A DNA stretch of 64,000 nucleotides from an uncultured Eubacteriales bacterium. Lineage in GTDB: Bacteria; Bacillota_I; Bacilli_A; Acholeplasmatales; Anaeroplasmataceae. The notes below the pieces were generated by a model, which saw only the letters and a program-made list of their open reading frames with translations, was not told the origin of the DNA and did no database searches. The stretch spans positions 3,460 to 67,459 of the forward strand of contig CAVCUQ010000005.1 of NCBI GenBank assembly GCA_963605425.1. Reading direction: 5' to 3'. Both the position numbers and the translations under genes were made by a program. Positions 9,687 through 19,384 of this stretch are shown here, in pieces (position 1 is the stretch's first letter; the number at the start of each line of letters is the position of its first letter).

Positions 9687-10619
9687 ATGAAATTAGAAGA
9701 ATTACTTAAAAATTATACTAAAGAAGAATGTCAAATGTCTTTATCATATATAGGACTTGGATTTGAAGAAGAGGATGAAGCTGATGCCTTAAAGGATCAA
9801 ATTAAAGAATATTCTTTAAATATTGATAATTTTAAGAAGATTATATCTATTTTACCTGATTATTCATACAATAAATTAGTAAATGAAAAGGTATTTGAAA
9901 CAACTATAGAATCAGATATTAAATATTATAATGATTTAAAAATCTATTCTCTAGGATTTGGCATGAGCACTGTTTATGTTTGTGATGAATTCCAAAGTTT
10001 CTTATCAAGTTTAGATATTAAGGAAATTAATAAATATAGAGTAAAACAAATGTGGGTTTATAAAACTGTTACCTTTGCAAATACATTCTATGCTGCTTAC
10101 CCTATGTCTATTTTAAAGGAAGTTGTATCAACAAATACTCAAATCAAAATTTCAAATACTGAACTTAAGAAGAGAGTTTTAGACTTACCTCTTTCTATTG
10201 GATGTATCTATTATGAGAAACAAGATACAATCGTAAATGAAGCTTATACTGATAGACTAGAAGAAATACTTAAAGCTCAAGAGACTAAACCATTCTATAT
10301 TCCTAAGTATAAAGAAGTAGAAGAATATTTTAATAATGGTTATATTAATAATATGCAATATGATTTACTTAGAACATATAATAAATATTTAAAAGATCAA
10401 TATAACTCTAATGCTCATATCTTAATTTTCAATACTATAGCTACTACCTATAGGGTTGATGAGAATGTTATTTCAGAATTCTATGATACAAAGAAGTTTG
10501 AAACAGCTGGTCAATATGATGAACTTGTATCAATCTTTAAGCGTGTAACTAATAATACAAGAAATGTTTACAATAGAGGTTACACTACATTCGAAATTCT
10601 TTCAAGAAAGGCAAAATAA
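9687..10619 (+). CDS. hypothetical protein (311 aa), probably co-transcribed with the nuclease gene
   Basis: Long ORF with a TAGGAG RBS before the ATG at 9687. No motif recognised. Confidence 0.55.
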   Translation: MKLEELLKNYTKEECQMSLSYIGLGFEEEDEADALKDQIKEYSLNIDNFKKIISILPDYSYNKLVNEKVFETTIESDIKYYNDLKIYSLGFGMSTVYVCDEFQSFLSSLDIKEINKYRVKQMWVYKTVTFANTFYAAYPMSILKEVVSTNTQIKISNTELKKRVLDLPLSIGCIYYEKQDTIVNEAYTDRLEEILKAQETKPFYIPKYKEVEEYFNNGYINNMQYDLLRTYNKYLKDQYNSNAHILIFNTIATTYRVDENVISEFYDTKKFETAGQYDELVSIFKRVTNNTRNVYNRGYTTFEILSRKAK

Positions 10620-12988
10620 TGTCGGAAATCAAAGGCCTTACTCAAGAAGAAGTAAGACAAAGAACATCAGAAGGGAAAGTTAATAAAGAAAATAAGTATG
10701 TATCAAAAACCTATAAGAAAATAGCTTTTGATAATATATTTACTTTCTTTAACCTAATATTTTTAATCATTGCAATACTATTAATTATTGCAAAAGATTA
10801 CAAATCATTAACATTTATTCCCCTTCTTTTAGTTAATTTATCTATTGGTATAGTTCAAGAAATTAAGAGTAAAAAGTTAATTGATAAACTAACACTTCTT
10901 AATGAATGTGAACTTGATACTATTAGAGACGGAAAGATAGAAAAGATTAAGTCTTCAACTCTAGTTAAAGATGATGTGGTTATCTATAAGGCGGGAAATC
11001 AAATTGTAGCTGATAGTGTTGTTTTAGATGGACATGCTTATGTAAATGAGTCTTTATTAACTGGTGAAGCTGTAGCTTTAGAGAAGAATAAGAATGACAA
11101 TTTACTGTCTGGTTCTTTTATCGTTTCAGGTACTGTTACAGCTAGACTTACTAATGTAGGAGAAGATTCTTATGTTTCTAAATTAACTAGTAAAGCTAAA
11201 AAAACAAAAGATCAAACTGTATCTGAGATTAAAAAATCTTTAAACAAATTATTATTAATTGTAAGTATAATTATTGTACCGCTTGCTTTATTTTTAATAT
11301 TTCAAGCATTAAATAGAGGAGAATCTTTTTCTAAAAGTATCTCATCTATGGCTGGTAGTATTCTAATGATGATACCTGAAGGTTTATTCTTACTTTCTAG
11401 TGTATCACTCGCACTTAGTGCTTATAGACTTGCTAAAGGCAATGTCTTAATTCAATCTATGGATTCTATTGAAACACTAGCTAGAGTAAATGTTCTTTGT
11501 TTAGATAAGACTGGTACTATTACAAATAATAAACTTAATGTAGCTAAAGATGTTCCTTATAATATTAGCGAGGATGAATTTAATACACTTGTCTCATCAT
11601 TTGCTTATTATCAAGAAAATGATAATAAAACAATGGAGGCTGTTAAAGCTTATTATACTAAGGATGTTACAAAAGAATTTGTTTCTAAGACAAGTTTTTC
11701 AAGTGACTTAAAATATTCTAGTGTAACCTTTAAAGATATAAGTGTAGTTTTAGGTGCCTTAGAGTTTCTTGCAAAAGATAGATTAGATGAATTTAAGAGC
11801 CTGTCTGATAAATATGCTAAAGATGGATATAGAGTGCTTTCGGTATTTAAGACCCTTAAAAAGATAGAAGAAAATAAAATTCCTGAGGGTCTTGAACTTA
11901 TTGGTTTTATTTTAATTGAAGATACAATTAGAGAAAACGCTAAAGAAGTATTTTCATATTTTGAATCTCAAGGTGTAGATATTAAGGTAATATCTGGAGA
12001 TAGTGCTTTAACTGTATCTAACATAGCTTTAAGAGCAGGAGTAAAGAACGCTGATAAATACATTGATTCTAATAATCTTGATTTAGACAATTTAGAAGAA
12101 GAAGCACAAAAATATACTGTATTTGGACGCGTTACCCCGGAAATTAAACAAAAACTAGTTGTAGCACTTAAAAATGGCGGAAAGAAAGTCGCAATGACAG
12201 GTGATGGTGTTAATGACATTCTTGCCTTAAAGGAAGCGGATTGTTCGATTGCCATGAGAGAAGGAGCAGACGCAGCTATAAAGGTAAGCCAAGTTGTACT
12301 TCTTGATTCTGACTTTTCTTCAATGCCTAAGATTGTTTTTGAAGGAAGAAAAGTTGTAAATAATTTAGAAAGAAGCGGATCCTTATTCATTACTAAAAAT
12401 ATCTTTTCAATTCTTTTAACAATCTTCTGTATTCTATTAAATACTACCTTCCCTATTAAGCCTACTCAAACAAGTTTAATTAATACATTTGTTATCGGCC
12501 TTCCTGCCTTCCTTTTAAGCCTGCAATCTTCTAATAAATTAATTGAAGGTTCCTTTGTATCAAATATCTTAAAATGCGCTCTGCCATCAGGTCTTGTCGA
12601 AGCTCTAATGATCATGACATTTATTAAGGTAGGACCAGTTTACGGATTAACTGAGGCTGAAGTTTCAAGTGTATCGACTATGCTTATGGGCTTTATTGGT
12701 ATGGTTGTTATATTTAATATTGCGCGTCCCTATTCAAGGTATAAGATTATAGTTTGTGTAGGTTGCGTTATAGGTTTAGTTTTAAATATTTTACTTGCAA
12801 TAATGGTACCATTCTTTACTAATTATTATGTTTTTACAGATCTTTCAAGCAAAGCTTATTCAATGTTTTTAATCTTTATGCCGATATCAGTTGCATCTTA
12901 TATATTACTATACATAATATTTATGAAAACTAATATAAAAAAACAAACTTTTAAGCTGATTAATAAATTCAAATCTAAGAATAATTGA
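10619..12988 (+). CDS. cation-transporting P-type ATPase (HAD-IC family)
   Basis: Motifs LTGEA, CLDKTGTIT (phosphorylation site) and MTGDGVNDILALKEAD; about 10 TM segments. Confidence 0.9.
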   Translation: MSEIKGLTQEEVRQRTSEGKVNKENKYVSKTYKKIAFDNIFTFFNLIFLIIAILLIIAKDYKSLTFIPLLLVNLSIGIVQEIKSKKLIDKLTLLNECELDTIRDGKIEKIKSSTLVKDDVVIYKAGNQIVADSVVLDGHAYVNESLLTGEAVALEKNKNDNLLSGSFIVSGTVTARLTNVGEDSYVSKLTSKAKKTKDQTVSEIKKSLNKLLLIVSIIIVPLALFLIFQALNRGESFSKSISSMAGSILMMIPEGLFLLSSVSLALSAYRLAKGNVLIQSMDSIETLARVNVLCLDKTGTITNNKLNVAKDVPYNISEDEFNTLVSSFAYYQENDNKTMEAVKAYYTKDVTKEFVSKTSFSSDLKYSSVTFKDISVVLGALEFLAKDRLDEFKSLSDKYAKDGYRVLSVFKTLKKIEENKIPEGLELIGFILIEDTIRENAKEVFSYFESQGVDIKVISGDSALTVSNIALRAGVKNADKYIDSNNLDLDNLEEEAQKYTVFGRVTPEIKQKLVVALKNGGKKVAMTGDGVNDILALKEADCSIAMREGADAAIKVSQVVLLDSDFSSMPKIVFEGRKVVNNLERSGSLFITKNIFSILLTIFCILLNTTFPIKPTQTSLINTFVIGLPAFLLSLQSSNKLIEGSFVSNILKCALPSGLVEALMIMTFIKVGPVYGLTEAEVSSVSTMLMGFIGMVVIFNIARPYSRYKIIVCVGCVIGLVLNILLAIMVPFFTNYYVFTDLSSKAYSMFLIFMPISVASYILLYIIFMKTNIKKQTFKLINKFKSKNN

Positions 12989-13010
12989 GGATTTTAAAAT
13001 CCTCTTTTAT
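12987..13010 (+). terminator. intrinsic terminator
   Basis: GAGGATTTTAAAATCCTC hairpin followed by TTTTATT. Confidence 0.7.
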
Positions 13011-13105
13011 TATGCAAAAAAATATTTTTGTAAGTGCTTACACTTCTTGAATTGTTTTTAATAATTGTAGTAAAATAAACTCGAAAATAAAATGGATGTG
13101 ATAGT

Positions 13106-15814
13106 ATGTTAGTTTTAAAAGATATAAAGAAAGTATATAAAGTTGGAGACCAAAAAGTAGAAGCTTTAAAGGGTATAAATTTAGCTTTTAGAAAGAGTGA
13201 ATTTGTATCTATTTTAGGTCCTTCAGGATGTGGTAAGACTACAACATTAAATATTATTGGTGGACTTGATAAATATACTAGTGGTGATTTATTTATCAAT
13301 GGAAGATCAACAAAAGAATTTAAGGACAAGGATTGGGATATCTATAGAAATCATAGAATCGGATTTATATTCCAGGCTTATAATTTGATTCCTCATCAAA
13401 CAATTCTTGAAAATGTTGAACTTGCTTTAACTATTGCTGGTATAAACCAAAAAGAAAGGGTTCAGAGAGCAAAGAAAGCTCTTGACCAAGTAGGTCTTAA
13501 AGATCAATATCAAAAAAAGCCTAATCAATTATCAGGTGGACAATGCCAAAGAGTAGCTATCGCCCGTGCACTTGTTAATGAACCTGAAATATTGCTAGCT
13601 GATGAACCTACTGGTGCTCTTGATACACAAACAAGTGTTCAAATTATGGATTTAATTAAGGAAATCTCTAAAGAGAAACTTGTTATTATGGTTACTCATA
13701 ACCCTGAACTAGCCGAAAAATATTCAACTCGTATTATTAGGCTTCTTGATGGTGAGGTTCAAAGTGATAGTAATCCTTATAACATAGAAGAAGAAAAAGC
13801 AGAATCATTCAGCGAAATTAAGAATGAAAAAGCTAAGATGAGCTGGCTTACTAGTTTTAAATTATCATTTAGAAATCTATTATCTAAAAAAGGACGTAGT
13901 ATTTTAATATCTTTAGCTGGTTCTATCGGTATTATCGGTGTTTCATCAGTTATCAGTGTCTCTACTGGTGTAAATGAATATATAGCTGATATGCAAGATG
14001 ATATGCTTTCAGGTAACCCTATTCAAGTAGCTGAATCAAGTTATGATTTAAATAGCTTAACAAGTTTAATGACTAAGAGCCAAAAGGCTACTATAGCTAA
14101 AGAAATAGCTAAAGGAAATGTTAATGTAGATTTCTTACTAGATCAAATACTAGATATGGTAAACGCTGGTGGTAGTGTATCAGTTAAAAACGAAATAACT
14201 GATGATTATATTAATTATGTTCTTTCAATGCCTAAAGATTACTATAGAGATATTAATTTAAAATATGGATATGATTTAGCAGATAATATCTATACTTCTT
14301 TTACAAGTAAAGATAAAACTGAATCAGGTGAAGTGACTGAAAAAACAAGAATTCAATCATTAAATTATATTATTGAAAACTATAATAGTGTTTTATCTAA
14401 GGTTGAAGGTTTTGATAAGACAAGTAGTTATATTACATCCTTAGTTAAACCTATTAGTCAGCTTAAGGCTTCAAATACCTATATTGAAACTCAATATGAT
14501 ATTTTAACAGGACGCCTGCCAGAAGGAGAAAACGAATTACTATTAGTACTTGATTCAGATGAAAAAGCAAGTGATGTAATTCTAGCTGAACTAGGATATT
14601 ATACTCAAGATGAATTTATTAAACTTGCAAAAAACTCTATGAGTATAGCAAATAAAGAAGATGGTGCTAGCCATGATTCTGATAAGAGTGTATTTGATTA
14701 TGATACTATCTTAAATCATGAATTCTATTACGCTCCTACTAGTAATATTTATACTTGGAATAATTATGGTTTTGACTATAAGTATGATATTACAGATGAA
14801 AAGACAAATTATACTAAATTAAATATCTCAGGTATTGTTAAATTAAAGAGTGGTAGAAACTATGGTTGTCTTTCAACTGGTCTTTATTATACTAGTGAAT
14901 TAGCACTTAAAATGAATAAAGATGTAAGAGCAGACTTTGCAAAAACTACAACTGATAACCCAACCTTCTCAGGTTATGTATACGCTCTAGCAAGCAAGTC
15001 TTCAAGTGGTGTAGTATATAACGGATCTAGTACTCAATTAAATCCTTTCTCAGTAAAATATACCTATAATTTCTATAATTATACTGATGAAAAAGTAGAA
15101 GAAAACCAAACGGGTTATGTAGGTACAACTGATTCTACATCTACATTTATTTCAACATTTATGGGCTCTACATCTGGAAGTGCAGCTAAGTATTTATCTC
15201 TTCGTTCTATAGGATTTGAAGACAAGCCTACCGCTATTAATATTTATCCTAATAGTTTTGATGAGAAGAATAAGGTTACAGATTACTTAGATGCTTGGAA
15301 TGATTTAGATCAAAGTATCACAGTTAACGAAAAAGATATAACTGATAGATCTAAAGTAACATATACAGATAGTGTTGGTACAATTATATCTATGGTTAAA
15401 ACATTAATTAATGTTGTAACATATGCTTTAATTGCATTTACCGCCTTATCACTTGTAGTTTCTTGTTTCATGATCGCAATCATAACTTATGTATCAGTTA
15501 TGGAACGTGTAAAAGAAATTGGTGTTATTAGAAGCTTAGGTGGAAGAAAGAGTGATGTATCTCATTTATTTAATGCGGAAACATTCATCTTAGGTCTATC
15601 TAGTGGTTTAATTGGTATTATAATTACTTATTTAATAACATTAATATTAAATCTATCATTACATGATATGGTAGGTGCTAATATAGCTTGTTTCTGGCCA
15701 TACCAAGCTTTAATCATGGTATTACTATCTATTGTATTAACCCTAGTTTCTGGTGCTGTACCTTCTAGAAGTGCAGCTAAACAAGATCCTGTTAATGCCT
15801 TAAGAAGTGAATAA
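13106..15814 (+). CDS. ABC transporter, fused ATP-binding and FtsX/MacB-type permease domains
   Basis: Walker A GPSGCGKTT, signature LSGGQCQR, Walker B LLADEPT. TM1 is followed by a ~480-aa extracytoplasmic region and a C-terminal FtsX-like TM bundle. Confidence 0.85.
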   Translation: MLVLKDIKKVYKVGDQKVEALKGINLAFRKSEFVSILGPSGCGKTTTLNIIGGLDKYTSGDLFINGRSTKEFKDKDWDIYRNHRIGFIFQAYNLIPHQTILENVELALTIAGINQKERVQRAKKALDQVGLKDQYQKKPNQLSGGQCQRVAIARALVNEPEILLADEPTGALDTQTSVQIMDLIKEISKEKLVIMVTHNPELAEKYSTRIIRLLDGEVQSDSNPYNIEEEKAESFSEIKNEKAKMSWLTSFKLSFRNLLSKKGRSILISLAGSIGIIGVSSVISVSTGVNEYIADMQDDMLSGNPIQVAESSYDLNSLTSLMTKSQKATIAKEIAKGNVNVDFLLDQILDMVNAGGSVSVKNEITDDYINYVLSMPKDYYRDINLKYGYDLADNIYTSFTSKDKTESGEVTEKTRIQSLNYIIENYNSVLSKVEGFDKTSSYITSLVKPISQLKASNTYIETQYDILTGRLPEGENELLLVLDSDEKASDVILAELGYYTQDEFIKLAKNSMSIANKEDGASHDSDKSVFDYDTILNHEFYYAPTSNIYTWNNYGFDYKYDITDEKTNYTKLNISGIVKLKSGRNYGCLSTGLYYTSELALKMNKDVRADFAKTTTDNPTFSGYVYALASKSSSGVVYNGSSTQLNPFSVKYTYNFYNYTDEKVEENQTGYVGTTDSTSTFISTFMGSTSGSAAKYLSLRSIGFEDKPTAINIYPNSFDEKNKVTDYLDAWNDLDQSITVNEKDITDRSKVTYTDSVGTIISMVKTLINVVTYALIAFTALSLVVSCFMIAIITYVSVMERVKEIGVIRSLGGRKSDVSHLFNAETFILGLSSGLIGIIITYLITLILNLSLHDMVGANIACFWPYQALIMVLLSIVLTLVSGAVPSRSAAKQDPVNALRSE

Positions 15815-15824
15815 TTAAAATAAG

Positions 15825-15875
15825 ATTACCTAAGTCATAAATTTCAAATTACTATTGACTTAGGTAATTATTTTA
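15825..15875 (+). terminator. long-stem hairpin terminator
   Basis: 13-bp stem ATTACCTAAGTCA/TGACTTAGGTAAT followed by TATTTT. Confidence 0.5.
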
Positions 15876-15884
15876 TTATATAAT
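15855..15884 (+). promoter_or_regulatory. sigma-70-type promoter for tRNA-Cys
   Basis: TTGACT-N18-TATAAT ending 17 nt before the tRNA 5' end. Confidence 0.55.
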
Positions 15885-15901
15885 ATTTAAGCAAGTTATA
15901 T

Positions 15902-15975
15902 GGCCCTTTAGCCAAGTGGTAAGGCACGGCACTGCAACTGCCCGATCATTGGTTCGAATCCGATAGGGGCCTCCA
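15902..15975 (+). tRNA. tRNA-Cys (GCA), CCA encoded
   Basis: Cloverleaf with acceptor GGCCCTT/AGGGGCC, anticodon loop CUGCAAC, T-arm GGTTCGAATCC and a 3' CCA. A hairpin terminator lies at 15989-16016. Confidence 0.9.
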
Positions 15976-16053
15976 TACTTGAATATATAAGTCAACGAAA
16001 GTTGACTTTTTATTTTTATATTTTAAAATAAGTATATATTTAAAGAGGTTTAT

Positions 16054-17529
16054 ATGAAAAAATATATATTAACAATAGATCAGGGTACAACATCAACTAG
16101 AGCTATTTTATTTAATAAGTTTGGTATGCAAGTTTATAAGTACCAAATGGAATTTACTCAAATTAGAATTAAGAGTGGTTTTGTTGAACATAACGCTTTA
16201 GAAATTTATGAAACAGTTCTTGAATGTATAAAGAATGTAATGAATGGTGTTAATGCTAAAGCAGAAGAGATAGATAGCATTGCGATTACTAATCAAAGAG
16301 AAACTACAGTGTTATTTGATAAGAAAGGTAATCCACTAGCTAATGCGATTGTGTGGCAATCTAAACAAAGTGAATATATTGCAAAAGAATATATCGACAA
16401 AGGTTATTTAGATTTTATCTTTAAAAAGACAGGGCTTAGAATTAATTCTTACTTTAGCGCTACTAAAATAAAGTATTTACTTGAAAATAATGAAAATGTA
16501 AAAAGACATTATGAAGATTGTGACTGTTTGTTTGGTACAATAGATACTTATCTATTATATAGATTAACAAATGGGAAATCTTTCTATACGGACCCAACTA
16601 ATGCATCAAGAACACTTTTATATAATATTAATACATTAGAGTGGGACAGTGAATTATTAGAATTATTTAATATAAAAAGAGAAATACTTCCTGAGGTACT
16701 ATCTAATAATTCATGTTTTGGTTATATGAATTTAAATGGTGTTGATATTCCTATTTGTTCACTTATAGGAGATCAACAAGCATCCCTTTTCGGACATACT
16801 GCTTTTAATGTCGGTGATATTAAAAACACCTATGGTACTGGATGTTTTATGCTTATGAATATAGGAGACAAACCTATTTATTCAAAAAATGGTCTTCTTA
16901 CAACTATTGCTTATATGATAGATGGTAAACCAACTTATGCACTTGAGGGTTCAGTCTTTGTTGCAGGAGCTGCAGTAACTTGGCTTCGTGATTCACTTCA
17001 TATTATAAATTCAAGTAAAGAAACATATGAAAGAGCTAGTATGGTTCAAGGTCATGATTTAATAATCGTTCCGGCTTTCCAAGGACTTGGTACACCTTAT
17101 TGGGATTCAGATTGTCAGGGCGCTATGTTTGGTATTACCTTTAATACCACTCAAGAAGCTATAATTAAAGCCACACTTGAGGCCATATGTTATCAAGCTA
17201 AGGATTTAATGGAAGAAATGATTAAAGAAACTAAACAAAACGGTATTACATTATCTGTTGATGGCGGTGCTAGTGAAAATGATTATTTACTTCAATTTGA
17301 ATCTGATATAATGCAAGTGGTAATTAAAAGACCACGTCAAATTGAAACTACGGCTCTAGGAGCTTCCTATATTGCAGGACTATATACTGGTTTCTTTGAA
17401 TCTAAAGATTATTTGAAAAAAATAAATGAGATAGATAAATATTTCTATCCTATTATAGATTCTAAAGAAGCAGATAGATTATATTCTCGCTGGCAAAAAG
17501 CGATAGAAGCTACAAGATTATTTAAATAA
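16054..17529 (+). CDS. glpK: glycerol kinase
   Basis: FGGY kinase with ILTIDQGTTSTRAILF N-terminus and the motifs NQRETTV, GDQQASLFG and VDGGAS. Confidence 0.9.
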   Translation: MKKYILTIDQGTTSTRAILFNKFGMQVYKYQMEFTQIRIKSGFVEHNALEIYETVLECIKNVMNGVNAKAEEIDSIAITNQRETTVLFDKKGNPLANAIVWQSKQSEYIAKEYIDKGYLDFIFKKTGLRINSYFSATKIKYLLENNENVKRHYEDCDCLFGTIDTYLLYRLTNGKSFYTDPTNASRTLLYNINTLEWDSELLELFNIKREILPEVLSNNSCFGYMNLNGVDIPICSLIGDQQASLFGHTAFNVGDIKNTYGTGCFMLMNIGDKPIYSKNGLLTTIAYMIDGKPTYALEGSVFVAGAAVTWLRDSLHIINSSKETYERASMVQGHDLIIVPAFQGLGTPYWDSDCQGAMFGITFNTTQEAIIKATLEAICYQAKDLMEEMIKETKQNGITLSVDGGASENDYLLQFESDIMQVVIKRPRQIETTALGASYIAGLYTGFFESKDYLKKINEIDKYFYPIIDSKEADRLYSRWQKAIEATRLFK

Positions 17530-17615
17530 TAACATTAAAATTTTAGTAAATATAAATTGATAAGTTTAATTACAAGTACACATAATTCTTAAAATTTAAA
17601 AGTCAATTTAAAAAT

Positions 17616-17641
17616 CCCACTTAGTAAATAAACTAAGTGGG
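17616..17641 (-). terminator. terminator of the Abi gene (hairpin shared with convergent glpK)
   Basis: 10-bp stem CCCACTTAGT/ACTAAGTGGG, with a T-run on the minus strand (AAAAAT on plus). Confidence 0.65.
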
Positions 17642-17648
17642 TAATTAT

Positions 17649-18545
17649 TTATACTTTCAATAATTCTATCCAATTTTGTGGAAATCCTATGTGTTTTAAT
17701 GAAATGTCAGGAAGATAATTATTAATTAGAGTTTCTAAATCATTTAATATAATATTATTCCATTTATTTTTGTCTGGGAAAAGATATTTTAGCATAAGGA
17801 TTTGGGAAAATAATTTTCTGTCAAAAATATAGTTTGAATTTGGAGTGTTTTTGGGAATTGAAGAAAAAATCCAATAATATAATCTTGAATAATGAGCACA
17901 TCGATTACGTAAATCGGTAAGACAACGTAACCAACTCTCAAGGCAATCTACGTTTGTATTAAAAGAAGTAGAAGCTATTATTTTTTTATCTTTTGTTAAT
18001 AAGTCTGCATAAAAGTAAGAAAGCATGCCAATTGGGAAAAATTCGATGATAACCCATATTGGAAATTGACCGCCATATTTTTTGTTGTGATGCTTAACTA
18101 CTAATGTTCTATCATTATCTAAAATACATTTACCAATTTTATCTTTAAATGCTGAATCATTGTGATGTGAATTAAAAATGGATGGATCCATATATCCTAA
18201 TGCACCATATTTAAATGAAATATGATAAGCAATTTGTGTTCTTATATAAAATTCAATTTGCTCAATAATTCTAGAAAGCCAACTTCTAAGATGACTGTCA
18301 AAGTCATATATTCGTTGAATCCGCTTAAAATATATTCCAGTTAAATAGTTACCATCTTTTTTCTTGAATGGCAGATAGTAGGCTAACAATCTATAATAAT
18401 TAGCATGCTTTAAAAATTCTTTACATGCCTCAAAATCATCTATAATAAATCCTTTTTCTTTAATTCTTTCTACTTGTTCATCATAAGTAATAGGATTCTT
18501 TGTAAACAACACTTCGTTAGATATATCATTATGTATATCACTCAT
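17649..18545 (-). CDS. Abi_2 (AbiD/AbiF-like) abortive-infection family protein
   Basis: Motifs YYRLLAYYLPF, FPIWVIIEF and LTDLRNRCAHYSRLY are typical of the Abi_2 family; about 300 aa. Confidence 0.75.
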   Translation of the reverse strand: MSDIHNDISNEVLFTKNPITYDEQVERIKEKGFIIDDFEACKEFLKHANYYRLLAYYLPFKKKDGNYLTGIYFKRIQRIYDFDSHLRSWLSRIIEQIEFYIRTQIAYHISFKYGALGYMDPSIFNSHHNDSAFKDKIGKCILDNDRTLVVKHHNKKYGGQFPIWVIIEFFPIGMLSYFYADLLTKDKKIIASTSFNTNVDCLESWLRCLTDLRNRCAHYSRLYYWIFSSIPKNTPNSNYIFDRKLFSQILMLKYLFPDKNKWNNIILNDLETLINNYLPDISLKHIGFPQNWIELLKV

Positions 18546-18621
18546 AGAGTATCCCCTTATAAAAAAAATGTCTCCCCATGGGACACATCACTTTCGTGAG
18601 AGGTGCAGGGAGTCCTGTCAA
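18546..18621 (-). promoter_or_regulatory. GC-rich structured 5' leader of the Abi gene with a terminator-like hairpin and U8
   Basis: The minus strand reads TTGACAGGACTCCCTGCACCTCTCACGAAAGTGATGTGTCCCATGGGGAGACATTTTTTTT, then AAGGGGA RBS and ATG. It contains a GAAA-tetraloop hairpin and a stem followed by 8 U. Confidence 0.5.
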
Positions 18622-18624
18622 TTT

Positions 18625-18653
18625 ATTGTATAAGAATTTATAAATTAATGCAA
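18625..18653 (-). promoter_or_regulatory. sigma-70-type promoter of the Abi transcript
   Basis: Minus strand TTGCAT-N17-TACAAT, just upstream of the structured leader. Confidence 0.5.
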
Positions 18654-18789
18654 TATGTTTTAAAAAAATTAATATCTAATATTTATGAAAAAGAAAGTTC
18701 ACAATGTTTTATATTTATAAATATTAAATAACTAGAGTAATAATTCTATTCGTGATAAAATAAAAATAGGTGTTAGAAATGTTTTTTAT

Positions 18790-19339
18790 GAAGACCAGCA
18801 TACAAAATTTAAAAAAATGCTAAAAGTTCTACTATAGTAAATGAAATAGTAGGATTTCTTAATACTTGTGATGGTGTTATTTATATTGGTGTTAAAGTTG
18901 ATGGTGAAGTTAGGTTGATTTGTCACAGATTGTGAGAAAAAAACATATGTTTGATGAAGACACCTTTAGAAAGGCTTTAATCAATGCTGCTGTTCATAAT
19001 GAATGGATAAGCGGAATTCCTCCTGCAATCTATTGAATTGATGATAGATTAGAAATTGTTTCTAACGGCACAATTCCAAATGGAATGACTAAGGATGATT
19101 TTCTTTCAAGAAAGACACACCCGGTTAATGAAGAACTTATGAAAATATTTTTGCAATGTCATATTGTAGAACAAACAGGTCATGACGTTCCTAAAGTTGT
19201 GAGTAAATATGAAGGTAGTGCATATAAATTTTTAACTTCTACAATTACAGTAACAATACCATTTGATAAATCTGGTTTTGATGATGAACCCCAAAATGAA
19301 CCCCAAAAACAATCACATTTGATTTCAAATATTAATTAA
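18790..19339 (+). pseudogene. decayed AlbA_2 / HATPase_c_4-type (RecG-like putative regulator) gene
   Basis: Fragments EDQHTKFKK, SSTIVNEIVGFLNTCDGVIYIGVKVDGEV and FRKALINAAVHNEWISGIPPAIY*IDDRLEIVSNGTIPNGMTKDDF...VEQTGHDVPKV lie in different frames, with stops including TGA at 19034. Most of the central part of the gene is missing. Confidence 0.55.
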
Positions 19340-19384
19340 AAAGTAGTATAATATATATAAATATAAAAAGGAGATATAAAAAAT

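Noticed and set aside
11968-12390. A 140-aa antisense ORF inside the P-type ATPase gene. Similar antisense or off-frame ORFs occur at 161-352, 12994-13329, 19507-19725, 27916-28101, 30521-30709, 31426-31626, 32327-32563, 32809-33078, 33268-33492, 33772-33963, 34603-34893, 36133-36411, 36909-37112, 39670-39855, 44836-45024, 46159-46353, 48209-48454, 50918-51164, 52119-52322, 52578-52922 and 55273-55707.
   Set aside because: All lie entirely within much longer ORFs that have clear family motifs. Their composition is low-complexity, as expected of shadow frames of AT-rich coding DNA, and they lack an RBS.
19034-19036. In-frame TGA inside the AlbA_2/HATPase_c_4 remnant, considered as evidence for TGA=Trp (genetic code 4) or acquisition from a code-4 Mollicute.
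   Set aside because: Many intact genes in the window terminate at TGA with correct protein lengths (queD, the P-type ATPase, the 649-aa ORF). The remnant also has frameshifts and other stops, so it is simply a pseudogene.
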